DNA of 64,000 nucleotides from Cycas panzhihuaensis (Eukaryota; Plantae; Cycadophyta): contig CM041465.1 in NCBI GenBank assembly GCA_023213395.1, forward strand, positions 212,543,741 to 212,607,740, in the 5' to 3' direction. Under the pieces are notes generated by a model. The model had not been told where the DNA came from and did not search any database. It was given only the letters and a program-made list of their open reading frames with translations. Both the position numbers and the translations under genes were made by a program. This document shows positions 39,101 to 53,119 of the stretch, in pieces (position 1 is the first letter of the stretch; each line of letters starts with the position of its first letter).

Positions 39101-40415
39101 AAAGAGAAGGCATAAACTATACAAAAACATTTTCTCATGTTGCTAGGATGGAATCTGTTTGTATGATGATAAGTTTAGCCACCCAAATGGGTTGGAAATT
39201 TCATCAAATGGATGTGAAAAGTGCTTTCTTAAATGGATATATTAAAGAAGACATCTATGTCACTCAACCCCTCAGTTTTGAAGTCAAGGGGGGAAGAAAA
39301 CAAGGTGTACAAGTTAAAGAAGGAACTATATGGTCTAAAACAAGCACCCAGGGCTTGGTATTCCTACATAGATAAGTATTTTAAATATCAAGGGTTTGAG
39401 AGATCTCAAGAAGATCCAAACTTATATACTCAAATCAAGGGAAGCTCAATCTTGATTATAGGTCTTTATGTGGATGACCTAGTTTATACCGGAAACAACT
39501 CTCATCTTTTACATCAATTTAAAGATGTTATGTGTAAGGAATTTGAGATGATAGAATTAGGTATCATGCATTATGTCCTAGGATTGGAAGTCTGGCAGGA
39601 TAAATAAGGAATCTTCATCTCTCAATGCAAATATATATTGGATCTACTATAAGGATTCAAAATGATAGATTGCAAACTATTAGCAACCCTAGAAGAAATT
39701 AGAATCAAACTATCTAAGATGGATGATTCAACTTTGAGTGATCCCACTCTCTATAGACAACTCATTTATAGCCTAATATATTTGAAATCTACTTGACCAG
39801 ATATAACAGATTCAGTCAATGTTGTGTCTAGGTTCATGCAGGATCCAAAGACCTCTCATTGGCAAGCTGCCAAAAGAATCCTTAGATACCTTAAAGGGAC
39901 TCCAAGTTTTGGGTTATATTACAAAGCCACCTCCAAATTTTAGTTAATTGGTCACACAGATTCATATTATAAAGGTGATGTTGATAACAGAAAGTCTACA
40001 ACATGTTATGTATTTAGTATAGGATCAACAGTAATAACTTAGAGCATAAAGAAGAAAAGTACCATTTTCTTATCCACAACTGAGGCAGAATATAAAGTAG
40101 TAGTTGTAAGAGCTTGTGAATCGATATGGCTAAGAAGACTTTTACAGGATTTTTAGATTAAACAACAAGGTCCTACTAGATTTTGGTATGATAATTAAAG
40201 CACTATCCAAATGGCTAAAAATATAGTATTCCATGGTAGAATAAAACATATTGAGACTTAACACCACTTCATTTAGGAACTTATATAAGAAGACAAGATC
40301 GAGTTAGCTTATTATAATACTAAAGATCAAATAACAAATATTTTTACAAAGTCTTTAAGAAAGATCAAATTTAAGAAGTTTAGAGAAAATCTCAGAGTCA
40401 TCCATATTAGACTTA
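36190..40415 (+). pseudogene. Disrupted gag-pol of Copia G
   Basis: Gag ORF 36608-36919; LWHRWFSHLNY (37586-37861); HHLKVFGC (38382-38573); RT HQMDVKSAFLNG (39148-39375) and LYGLKQAPRAW...LYVDDL (39233-39607); RNase H KHIE ~40245. Confidence 0.92.
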
Positions 40416-43400
40416 TGGGGGAGAATGTTAGGACTTACCCTAATGTCATTAAAAAACTGTGTGCCTAGGGCCCCTCAAAGTCACCTTTGAGGCCCCCTAA
40501 GGCACCTAGAGCCTCCCAAAAGCCATCTAGAGCTGACATAACTTTATTAAGGTACATGCATTCATTTATTATTGTTATTTTTTTTAATATTATTTGAATT
40601 ACTTGTCAGCTAGCATGCAGGTCAGGTTATAGCACTTTCAGCCTCCCCAAAACTCTATTTAAGGGGTGGGAATACCTCCTTGGTATTTTTTAACACTGTC
40701 ATTGTTTAGAAATCACTGTTTACTCAAGATGTATTTGATCTAAATGTCCTGTTCTACTCCTCTAAATCCATCATTCTCAAACCTATGTTTTAGAAAGTAT
40801 TGATCAATCTTTTCATACAAGGCTCTTGAAGCCTATTTTATGCTATATAATGCTCTTTTGAGTTAATGTACCAAGTGCTCTTGATCTTTTTACACACTGT
40901 TAGATGTCTACTCTATGTAGGCTTCTTCTTTCAAGTCTCTATTTAGAAATACACTTTTAACATCCATTTGATGAAGTTGCCAATTGAATTATACATCCAT
41001 CACCACAATGTGTTGAATAATGTTCATCTTTGCAACTGAAGTGAATGTCTCTTTGTAGTTGATCCTTTCTTGCTATTTGAATCCTTTAGCTACAAGTATA
41101 ACCTTGTACTTGTTTATAGATCTATTTGATTTATATTTGGGCCTATAAATCTATTTGTGATTGATTGATTATTTTTTAGTGGGAAATTTAACCAAATCCC
41201 AAGTGTGGTTTTCTTTTAAATACTTGGATTTTAGTATCCATAAGATCATCCCACTTATATTCTTTAATTAATTCCTCCATTATAGAAGGTTCATTAGCAC
41301 TCAACACATGTGCCACAGAAGCCATGTTCACTTGCTCAAGAAGTCATATTTTGGATTTTTGCTTTTCCTTTATCTCAGGTAATAACTTATTAGTATCCTC
41401 CATGATTTTCAAGTACCATTGAGGTAACTTCTTCTTTGAAGATAAAGACAAAGGTTTGGAAAGTTTTTTTGGCTTAGGTTTTAACTTTGTATTCATCTCA
41501 AGCTCATGTTCCCAAAACTCAAATGATTCCATCTTTATTTCATCACCAATATTGAAAGGTCCAAAATTAGGTTGACTAATGTTTCTTGAAGAATTGCTTT
41601 TATGCTACTCCTCATTTTACTCTTTTATATTGATTGAATCTACATCTATTCTATCATCCTCTTTAAAGATAATATTATGAGTTATATGGACCTTCTTGAT
41701 TGATAATTCATAAACTTTGTAAGCTTAACTTTCTTTAGAAAATCCTAAAAGAATGAATTTGGTGCTCTTATCATCTAACTTCTACTATTTTTCCTTTGGG
41801 GTATATATGTATAATATACATTGAAATACTCTTAAATGATAAATAATTAGTTTTTGATTTGATTAAGCCTCCTTGGGTATTTTATCCTTAATAACCCTTA
41901 TAATGCTTCTATTTATTAAATATGCTATTATATTCATAGTTTCAACCTATAAATAATTTATAACATCCTTGCCTATCATTATAAATTTGGATTTTTCCAC
42001 TAAGGTTCTATTCACCTACTTAGTGACTCCATTCTACTAAGATATGTAGATAATAATAGACTACATTACAATCCTATGATTCTTTTAGAACTAATTAAAC
42101 TTATTTAAAATATATTCTCCACCATTAATAATTTTTAAAGTATTTATTTTATTAGCACTTTTATTTTTTGTCATTTCCCTAAACTATTTGAAATAGGTGA
42201 GGGCTTGAGATTTCTCCTTTAATGAAAAAATCTAGACTTTTTGTGAAAAGCAATTAATAAAAATGATAAAATGCCCCACTCCTCCAAGTGATACAACTTG
42301 TATTAGTCCACAGTTATCTAAGTGAACCAATCCATGTTTCTCTCTAGATATCTGTACTTTCTTCTTCAAAAATTATTCTCTATGCTATTTACCCAAAATA
42401 TAAGGTTTATACAAGTAATCTTTGATGAAAATAATGAGATCATAATATTCTCTTATATGCAAGATAAACATAAAATAATCAAGATATTATGCCATACATG
42501 TTAAATGGACATAACATGGACGTCAAATTGACTGACACCTATAATATTATTTTGGTAGAGTTTTGACTCTTACTAATGAGATAATGTGTAATGGTGAGGA
42601 CATGACCTTAATTTATAGGGGAATGATGTTACTCTCACTCTTATGTGATTAATTGATATAATAGGTGAATGTGATTGGCCTATTATGCAGTAAAAGGATA
42701 AAGATACCCTCAACTAGAAATACAACATCAAGTTATAACTTAAGTATATAATGTTATATAAATGTGCCATTATATTTTAACATCCTTCCTTAATAACAAC
42801 TTCATTGAGTCTTATGCCAAGGTTGCATTGAAAATTTTTGAACTTTGGTTTTCCAAGTGCTTTAGTGAAGATGTCTACAACTTAGTCCTATATCCGTCAG
42901 TACATGAGATCAATTTCTCTATTTTGCACATGTTCATGGATGAAATGATGATGGACCTTGATATGTTTAGTACGTGTATGAAATATAGGATTTTTGGTCA
43001 TCTTTAGTACACTCTTATTATGATAGTATAGAAGAGTTACTTGAGTCTACTGAAGTCTAAGCTCTATAAGAATCTTATGAAGCTAGATCATCTCTAGTAA
43101 TGCATGTATAATTGCTTTGTATTATGTCTCAATCTATGAGAGAGTAACATTTGGTTGTTTCTTATAACTCCAAGAAACAATAGTGATGTTTAGGTCAAAA
43201 GGATACCCTAAAATAAAGTGGTGTAAATCCTAGCATCTAACCCAATCAATATCAGTAAATCCTTTCAGCATAGGAGAATTAAATTATCTATAATCTAATC
43301 TAAGTTATAAGGTATTATATATATGTTTGAGAATCTATGTAGCATCATTCCAATGTAATATTTTAGGCTATGATATGAACATATAATAGACCACAACTAC

Positions 43401-46400
43401 ATATGAAATGTTTGTACGAGTGTGAGTGAGATAAATCAAACTCCCCATTAGTTGTCTATAAAGTGTGGGATTGATAGGTTTTCCTTGTTTATCCATAGTG
43501 AGTTTTGTACTAGTATCCATAGGAATAGGTAAAGGTTTGTAGTGGATTATTCTAAATCATTATAAAAGATCATTCACATACTTTAACTAGGACAAGAACA
43601 TATGTCCTAGTTTTTGGCATACTCTAATTCTAAGGATGTAATGGAGCAATCTGAGGTTAATCATTTCAAAGATACTATTCAATTCCTATTGGAGACTAAT
43701 AATAGCATCATCATTATTTCCTATGATCAACAAATCATCCACATATATAACAATGATGATAATCAAATTATTCTAGACCTAAATATAGAGATTAATATTA
43801 GAGGATGAACGATTTAATTTATGCATGATAAAATGACATCGATTTTAACATACCAAGCACAAGGTGCCTGTTTAAGATTATAAAGAGCTTTCTTGAGCTT
43901 ACAAAGTAAGTGTTCTTTACTAGGAACAACATAGTTGGGAGGTTGTCTCAAGTATACTTCTTCTATAATTCATCCATTAAGGAAAGCACTCTTCACATCC
44001 ATTTGATACACTAGCCATTTGAATTAGGTATCAAGTGACATAACCAGATAGAAGGTCATCTATTAGCTATTAGAGCAAAGGTTTCTTTATAATTAATACC
44101 TTCTTAATATTTAAATCTTTTCACAACCAAGCATATTTTGTGTCACTTAATGGAACCATCAACATGATATTTTTTCTTGTACAACCAACAATAATCAATT
44201 AGTTTTTTATTAGGTGTCAATTTAATAAGCTCCTATGTGCTATTATTAAGGATGGAATTCATCTCTACATCTATTGTGGCTTGTTATATTTGGTCTCTAA
44301 TTGCCTCCTCAAATATGAAAGGTATAAGAGCTTCAAGAACTTATGCCATTAAGGTAAACTTTATTGAATGCCTTAGTTTTGATTCCCTCTTGGGAGTTGT
44401 TGGAGGTGGAGGAGCATCTTTTCTTAGTTACAAATATGACTTTGGAAGTTTTTTAATACTAGTAACTTTGACTTATAGGTGGTCTGGGGACAATGGTAGT
44501 ACTACAAAAGTAGATATTGATGTGGAAGATGATGTAGGAGAATCTAATGATAGACTTAGAGAATAAAAGGTTGAAGGAATAAAAGGGTCCATAATTGGTG
44601 CAGGAGGTTCTTATGGCATATTAACCTCAACATTGATAAGAAACTAAAGTTGTGATAGGTCTAAGTCTTGGTTATCCTCTACAAATATAACATCCCAAAA
44701 GAAATATGCCTATATCCCAATAGAATCATACATATGCTATGCTTTGCATTTAAGTACATATCCTATGAAAGTGTATTTCAAGCTCTTATCATCTAATTCT
44801 TTTTTTCTACTTTCTTTGGAAATAAATTTATAGGTAGTACAACTAAATATTCTAAGATACAAGACTATAAGCTTTTGACTTGACTAAGCCTCATTAGGTG
44901 TCATATCCCTAACTATAGTAGTTGAGCTCATGTTCGTCAAGTATATAGTAGTTGAAACAATTTCAACCCAAAATATATAGCAAGGTTAGTGGTTTTAATC
45001 ATTGCTTTGGATTTCTTCACCAATATTTGGTTCATTTTCTCAATAACACTCTTGTGTTGAGGGGTAAGAGGAGTGGAGGACTAGCACTTGATGCCACATT
45101 CTCTACAAAAATTGGTAAACTATCTTGAGGTATACTCCCCTCCATTATTTGATCTTAAAATCTTAATAGTCATGTTGGTTTGATTCTCAACTTTTGCTTT
45201 GAAATCTTTGAATTTGTCAAAGGCTTCAAATTTATTCTTCAAAACTAGACCCATACTTTTTTAGAGTAGTCATCAATGAAGGTTATACAGTATAGATTAC
45301 CATTAAAAGAATGAATTGACATGGGTACATAGATATCTAAGTGAACCAATCCCAATGGTTTAGTTTTATGCCATACTCTTTTAGAAGGAAAAGGTTCTCT
45401 ATGTTGTTTTCCAATATTATAAGCTTCAAAAGCATTTGTTCTATTTGATTTTTGGCAACCAATACACCATTTAAAGTCTAAAAATGAGGTTGAGACTCTG
45501 CATGTTGAGGTGGCCTAGGTGTTACTACTATAGTTAGTATTTATTACATTTATATATAAGTTGCTCATGGCTATATGAGTAGTCATGCTGAGTCTCAACA
45601 AGTGGGTTTTCAATAATGATAGTCTTTCCTTTGTCAAGGTGATTTATATATATTGACATATATGAATCTAGTTATTGACCAGTGGATAAGGGGATACCAT
45701 CAAGTTTATAGAAACCATTATCTTCATGTCCTTTAGCAACTATTTGACTATCTGAGTTGTTAGACATAGTACATGTACCTTGGATATAAAGAACATCCAA
45801 ATTTTGCTTGTTAATTTGGCTCACAGATAGCAAGTTCTGTTTTATGTTAGGTATGAAGAGGACATTGCTAATATGATATCTTATGTACGAATTCCTTAGG
45901 AATATGGGAGCCTCTCCAATCTTTACCACATTATATGTTATGTCATCTTTAAAAGTTATAATTTATGCTTGAGTAGGTGAGGCACCCTTAAGAAGTTCTT
46001 CAATGCCAATCATATGGAAAGTGGCACTAGAATCTATCAACCAATACTTGTTGGCATAGTGAGAAGAAATTGCTATAAAAAAATAGGTTTAAAGAGTCAT
46101 CTTAGGAATTAGCCACATAACCACCTTATTGAAAGTTCCTATTGTTACCTTAGTTTTGGTTCCTAGGTTGATTTCTTTGCTATTATTATTCTTTCCAAAA
46201 CCCTTATCCTTTTGAAAGTCTTGCTCTCTTTGTTGACAACTTTGATTTAGTATAAGCTATAAATTATTTTTTCTCTTTCTATAATATAGGATGGCATGCC
46301 CAAGTTCACAAGTTCACCACACTATAAGTAAGTAATATTCTACCTTTACCACTTGTTTCTCGAGTGTTGTGGATGTTTAGGGATTTGGTTTGGGTTCATG

Positions 46401-46947
46401 GAACCAAACTATTGGGCTAAGGGATATTGTTAAGGCTGATTTCTCCCATGATTCCTAGTTATGAATCTAGAAGTGTTTTTAGATGAAGATACAACTCTTT
46501 GATAATTTAGGATACCCTCTTCATTAAGTAGTAATCCTTTTAAGGTGTTGAAATCTGTTTTAGTAAAGTAAGATAGGTGGGATCAATTTGTTGTAATCAG
46601 AAGGAAGGAAATTGACAACACTAGTTATAAGGTCATGATTAGTAGGAGGGGTACTAAGGGTGTTTAACTAGTTTCTAGTAGACTTCAATTTAGTCATATG
46701 AGATGGGATGGAACCAGTAAATGTGATGACATATGGGTATACCTTTAGTATTATGGTACTAGAGTCATCTTTTCTCTCATAAAGAGAGTATATAATACTC
46801 GATACTTTATGTGAGGAGTCAATCATTTCTCTATTTTGATCAACATTATCCTCCACATCTAGTTAAAGGAAGGACATAGATATATTATCCTTGGCTTTAA
46901 ACATAGAAAGGGAAATAAAGTCTAGAGGTATTACATTATTCAAGTTG

Positions 46948-47016
46948 TTTGGATCTTGAGTAGGAAGGAATTTAGGTATGTATTTGGATCTTGAGTAGGA
47001 AGGAATTTGGGTATGT
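46948..47016. repeat. 35-bp tandem duplication
   Basis: tttggatcttgagtaggaaggaattt(a/g)ggtatgt occurs twice. Confidence 0.9.
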
Positions 47017-47199
47017 CTCTTTATACATATAGTAAAAAATCATTCATGATCAATAAGTGTTTGATCTATTTCTTCTAGGCCAATAAGTTTTTATTTTTAG
47101 ACAATTTTATTATATTTGATACTAGCATTTATACTATCATTTTTATGAATTATCTTCCTAATAGGCTTCTAAACTAGAATTCTAGATTTTTTGTGTTTT

Positions 47200-47525
47200 T
47201 AGGAAGGCCTCAGTTTCTATTTTATCTAGTGGTTCATACTCATAGACAATAGTTTAGAGACTTAATATATACTAGTACATGAGTAAATTAAGCATTATAT
47301 ACCTAGGTACATGAGCATAGAAGGCCAAGTACCCCTCTAACATTGTCTATCCATCTATGTCAGATTTATGTCAAGTGATAGATCTAGTGAAGAACTATAA
47401 CCAAGGCACTCACCCTCTCTCAGTCTAGCTTTATCTCTAAACTCTAAGGAAAGGTTTAACACCTCAATCTATCACTTAAAGTTATAACTTCAATGGTCCT
47501 AACAATTTCACTTATAGGATTTGTA
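47200..47525 (-). promoter_or_regulatory. Conserved pre-gag module (shorter, diverged copy in I)
   Basis: ccaaggcactcaccctct, gtgatagatctagtga, tatatacctaggtac, atctagtgg and ggtcctaac are collinear with the H copy. Confidence 0.6.
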
Positions 47526-50500
47526 GTTTTATAGTTTAATTCAGTAATTATCTTATTAATGTTTTAAGTTAAAATTCTTTTTAAAAAATGTGGTCTTTCT
47601 AAAGGGTAAAAATATTAAATTTTAATGAATAATAAAAGAAGACATGAAAAACTAAATGAAAAATAAAAGTAAGGGTTTAGGATGCTTAATAGTAAGGAAC
47701 CATGCTATTAGGAGAAGAGTAACTTTCCACTCATAAGGAGAGCACCTACAACCACAAAGCACTATATATCTTAGCTTAGAAATTAGGTAGAATTGCTTCT
47801 CAATTAATGAAGAAGTGATAACGATAATAAGTTTACCTCTTGAATGTGACAACACTTTCAATTACTGAAGAATGCTTTAAAACCACACAAAATAAATAAT
47901 ATAAATATAGAGGATTCAAATGTCCTAAAAAAGTATCCAAACTCAAGTAAGAATGAGTCCATGTTGTAGAGCTCTAAGTTAAGATTCTGATGATTCAAAT
48001 GGTTCATAAATCAGATCCCTAATCAAAACATTATAGCCAAAATAGTGAGAAGACCTACTTATATTATCAAAATAAAAAGGGGTTGGCTTTGAGCCTCCTT
48101 AACCAAGTAACCCTTGGTCACTAGTTAGCACCAGATGATAATCTGCTAAAGCGTGAGGGTTAATAAACCTCAAATAAACTTTCAATATAGTTAAATTAAA
48201 TAAAACTTTAGTAAAAAAAGAATATATTAATATTAGAAAAAAAAGAAAAAAAACCTTCCCATGCATGATTTGGTGATGAACTGAGGATTGAAATAATAAT
48301 TGAGATCATTATAATCTCAATGGGATCATTGTTGGTGTAAATATAGATTATGCATAATTATAATAACACCCTTGAGTGACTATTTAGATCTCCATGATGA
48401 GGGTGTATGTGCACGGTGAGAGAGAAGGAGCCAGAGAAGAAAGCAATTGAGTCATTAATGAATGTGCTCAGGTTGATGGGTCACTAAAGATAGATATGAG
48501 GGTTCTTTAGATATAATTACTTTAGATGAGTGGTGTCTCATATAGGGAGATTACAAATCATCATATAGGCATCAATGTCTTTATGTAATACAAGGTTGGA
48601 TAGTAAGCAAGAATAGTCATTACCTCAATCACATATCCATAAGTTTTAGATAGTGGGTCACTGGGAACAGGAGGTACAAAATTCGTTCCTTAGAAGAAGG
48701 TAGCACTTAGCAAGATTCATTGTCCACATACCACAGAATACAAAACCCACCTTATGTAATAGAAATGATTCTAGTTATGAAGGAAAGAGCTCATATATTA
48801 AGCAGAGATATAGTTATTACTTACTTCATAGTTTCACTAGCAGCAGGCAAGCAATAGTCTTATTGTAGTATAATACCCATCAAGGTAAGATGTATATGGA
48901 TGGTTGTACACTTAAATGTAATGAGATGATTCTCACAACTAAGTATGCAGTATATACATGTTAGCACAGGGGAGTAGAGTAGGTTAGGAATCCATTTTAA
49001 TTAACATATTTCCATATAGTTGAAGGCAGTGTTGAAAAATACTAGGGAGGTATTCCCACCCCTTAAATAGATATTTGGGGAGGCAGCACATGCCATCACC
49101 TAACTTACAAAGGTTAGTCTTAAATAATATTAAAAAATAAATTTAAATTATAATAATACATACCTTGGCTAATGTGTCGACTCCTTAGTAGCTCATATGG
49201 CTATTTGGTGGCTCTAGGTGTCCTAGGGAACCTCAAATATAGCTTTGTGGGGCCTTAGGCATATATATACTTAGGACATTGGGGATTATCCCAACATTCT
49301 CCCCCATAATCCCCAGTGTGAGTAATTCCCAAATTTTCTTTGAATTCCTAGAACTTGATCTTACCCAATGCTTTTGTGAAGATGTCTATTGTGTAGTCCT
49401 CGGTACTACAATATTTTAGCTTAATTTGTCCTTCTTATACTAATTCCTAAATGAAACAATGTTGTGTCTCAATATGCTTGGTTCTACCATGAAAAACTAG
49501 ATTCTTTGTCATTTGTATGGTGCTTTGATTATTGTACTAGATTTTGGTTGGCCCTTACTATTCTATTTTGAGATCTTGTAGTAGACAATGTAACCAAACT
49601 ATTTCACATACCCCTAAAATTGTTGCTTTATATTCTGCCTCTATTGTTCATAAGGAAACTATATTTTATTTCTTTAAGCTCCACAGTATAGCTATTGAAC
49701 TTATATTAAAGGTGTAATTTGATGTAGATTTCTTGTCATCTATATCATTAGTACAATCTAAATCTATATGCCCTGTCAATCTGAAGTTTGATATAGACCT
49801 GTAATATAGCACAAAATCTATTGTGCCTTTAAGATATCATAGGATTTTTTTTTCTACTTGCCAATGTGAAGTCTTTGGATTATGCATAAATTGAGATACC
49901 ACACTAACCGCATGCATGATATCAGGTCATGTAGAAGTCAAGTAAATTAAGATGCCAATTAGTTACCTTTATAGTGTCAGATCCATAAGAGCAGACTTAT
50001 CATGCTTTAAAAGTTTTATTCCAACTTCAGCAGGAGTAGTTAAAGGTTTATGTTCACTCATATTGAACTTTTGAAGTAAGTCCAAGGTATATTCTCTTTT
50101 GGAGATAAGAATGCTGTCATCATGTTGCCATACTTCTATTCTAAGGAAGTAATGCATTAGACCTAGGTTTGTCATTTCAAATTCTCTACACATATCTTCC
50201 TTGAATTGATGTGAGAGTTTTGGATCATTTTCTATATAAACAAGATCATCAATATATAATCCCATAATTAGGATTAATTTACCTTTGATCTTAGTATATA
50301 GATTTGGGTCTGATTGAGATCTTTTAAAGCCTTGATCTCTGAAGTATTGTCAATATGAGAATACCATGTCCTAAGTGCTTATTTAAGTCATAAAGTGCTT
50401 TCTTGAGTTTGCACACTTTGTTTTCTTTACTCCTAACTTCAAAACCAATGGGTTAAGAGATATAGATGTCTTCTTCAATGTAGCTATTAAGAAAAGCACT

Positions 50501-52803
50501 TTTGATGTCCATTTGGAAAATGTCCCATTTCATTTGAGCATCCAAATTGATAATCATTCAAACTATTTCCATTCTAGCAACTAGAGCAAAGATCTAATTA
50601 TAATCAATGCCTTCCTTTTGAGAGTGTTCTTTTGCAACAAGACGAGCTTTATGCTTGTGAATAGAGCCATCAGATCTAAATTTTATTTTGTATATCCACT
50701 TAGTCCCAATAGGCTTTTTGTTGGGAGGAAGATCAACCAATTCCTAAGTGTCAGATTTTATAATGGAATTGTATTATTCCTCCATAGATTTTCTCCATAT
50801 AGCATTTGAATTAGTCTCATTAAAGGTTTGAGGCTCATGTGTTTCCATAACATGAGTCATAAGGGTAAAGTTTACCCTATGAGATTGAGTTGATCTTCTA
50901 TTATAATCATGATCTAATAGGTTATCCATGGGATGATATCTTTGAGTCTATTTAGGAATTATTTGTGGTGGAGGTTGAGAGGTTTCCTCCCCATGAAAAT
51001 TTTATAGTGGAGGTTGAAAAGAAGTTCCCTCCTCACTTTCAATATCAATGGTCCTTCTTTGGAGCTACCAAGGTGGCACATATGTGGACCTAGAATTGGA
51101 ATCAAGATTTATTATCACATTCTTTCCTTTTTCTTAATGATGATCAATATAATAGGAATCAATTTCTTGAAAGACGACATCTCTACGTATGATAACCTTT
51201 CTTGCTTTCGGGTCATAAAGTTTATATGATTTTGATATATCACTATAGCTGATGAAAATGCATTTGGTACTATGATCATCCAATTTAGTCCTTTTATGTT
51301 TAAGAATATAAGTATATGCTAATGCAACTAAAAACTCTCTATTAATGGATACTTGGTTTGTATCCTATCCATGCTTCTTCAGGAGTCTTCTATCGAAGTA
51401 CTGTAGTGGTACTTATATTAATCAAATATACTATAGTATGTACTACTTTGGCCCAAAAATAATTTCCTAATCTTTTATCTTTTAGCATATGCCTTTTCGT
51501 TTCAACTATGGTGCGATTCTTTCTTTCTGCTACACCATTTTGTTGAGGGGTGTAGGGACTGGTTAATTGATGCGTGATCCCATTGTGAATAAAATAAGCA
51601 TTGAATTGATTTAAAATGAATTCTCCCCTATTATATGATGTTAGGAAGAGTATCTTGTATCCACTTTGTCTCTCCACATAGGTTTTGAAGTCAATAAAGT
51701 ATTGAAACACGTTAGATTTAAATTTCATAAAGAAAACCCATGTTTTCCATGTATAGTCATCAATAAAAGTAATAAAGTATTTTGCTCCTCCTAGAGATGG
51801 AGTTTTTATGGGACCACTAATATTAGCATATACTAATTGAAGAGGACCTTGTGCTCTATAGGTAAAATCTAGAAAACTTTCCCTATGTTGTTTCCCAAGT
51901 AGACATCCTTCATAGATATTTTTGTCCACTTCAATGTAGGGTAACCCATTAACCATGCTCATCCTTTTCATAGGTGCCAAACTATTGTAATTCAAGTGCC
52001 TAAATCTTTTATGCCACATGGTACTATCAATCTTGATGGGTTGTTTTCAAAGCATAGGAATCAGATGGAGGGATGACAAGTTTGAATAGATTATTTTTTA
52101 TCATTTTTCCTATTGCAATAATTACTTTATTTTGTCTATTATCTTTGATAATACACTCGCCATTATCAAGTATGACTCTATAATCCTGACCCATCATCTG
52201 TCCCACTAATAGTAGATTCTTCCTTAAGGCTAGAACATATAGAACATCCTCAATGTATTTGGTTTCTTCTAAATTGATTTGGAGAGCTACATTTCCTTTA
52301 CCAACAACTTCATGGGTTGTATCATCCCCAAACATAATAGAGCCCATTTTGGTTATATCCATTGTTCGAAACTAACCCCTTTTAGGAGTCATGTGAGTTG
52401 AACATCCTGAATCAATGTACCAACTACTATCTTCATCTTCATTGGCTAGAAAGTAGGATAAGAATAGATGATTTTCTCTATTTTGTACAGTAGTATTAGT
52501 GCTTACTTTGTTAGGTGGTCCATTTTTAGTAAAGTACATATCTTCTGTGTGACTAGGGTGATTGCAAAAGGTGCAATATGATGAATCTCTTCTCCCATAA
52601 CTAAGACTTCTACTCTGAGCATAAGATCTATCAATATGAGATGGCCTTCCTCTTTCTTCATGAAGAGGTGAATAATCCCTTTGTCTATGATTTAGAGGAT
52701 GAAGATTTTCCCTTTGTAGTGGTATGTCCCTTTGGCAATTAAGACAACATTGATGTGGCTTTTGTTGTCTTTCTTCACTTAGATATATAGTTTGCTTTGA
52801 ATA

Positions 52804-53115
52804 TGTTGGACTATGGCTAGTTCACTTGCCGAGGAGTCCTCTTCCTAAATCACCTGTGGGCTTTTAGTGTAATGGCAAGTCACAAGTGGTATCAGAGCCC
52901 AAGTTCAAGGTTCAAATCCGGCGTATATGCCGGACAAAGCCCCTTTCCCTGATGGGGTCCCCATATACCCCCGATTCAGGTGGAATTGTAACACAGGCGA
53001 TACGTGCAATGGTAGCCTCCTCGTCATGGGGGAGTGTTGGACTATGGCTGGTTCATGTGCTGAGGAGTCCTCTTCCCAAATCACCCGTGGTCTTTTGGTA
53101 TAACCGCAAGTCATA
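52804..53115 (+). mobile_element. TRIM (terminal-repeat retrotransposon in miniature), 312 bp with 81-bp LTRs
   Basis: Direct repeats 52804-52884 and 53035-53115 (tgttggactatggct...aagtca(c/t)a); PBS tggtatcagagcc 52887-52899; PPT gggggag 53028-53034; no coding capacity. TSD not recognisable. Confidence 0.9.
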
Positions 53116-53119
53116 AGTA

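Larger units (their letters stand above)
31141..40773 (+). mobile_element. Full-length degenerate Ty1/Copia element G with a ~4.7-kb 5' leader
   Basis: LTRs 31141-~31489 and 40426-40773; PBS tggtattagag from 31492; PPT gggggagaa 40417-40425; perfect TSD ttctc at 31136-31140 and 40774-40778. Confidence 0.93.

Noticed and set aside
42494-48958. Identical ataca flanks before the LTRs at 42499 and 48959 as a TSD pair
   Set aside because: Both lie on the left side of LTRs from different families, so they cannot bracket one element. Treated as coincidence.
52857-52930. Genuine tRNA gene
   Set aside because: Only the A- and B-boxes match. The acceptor, anticodon and T stems do not pair properly, and the sequence is part of a TRIM.
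52804-53115. Cassandra-type 5S rRNA-derived LTR (antisense gcggttatacca and gggtgatttgggaag resemble the ends of 5S)
   Set aside because: The matches are short, gapped and antisense, and the 5S A-box/intermediate element is missing. The LTR is much shorter than typical Cassandra LTRs.
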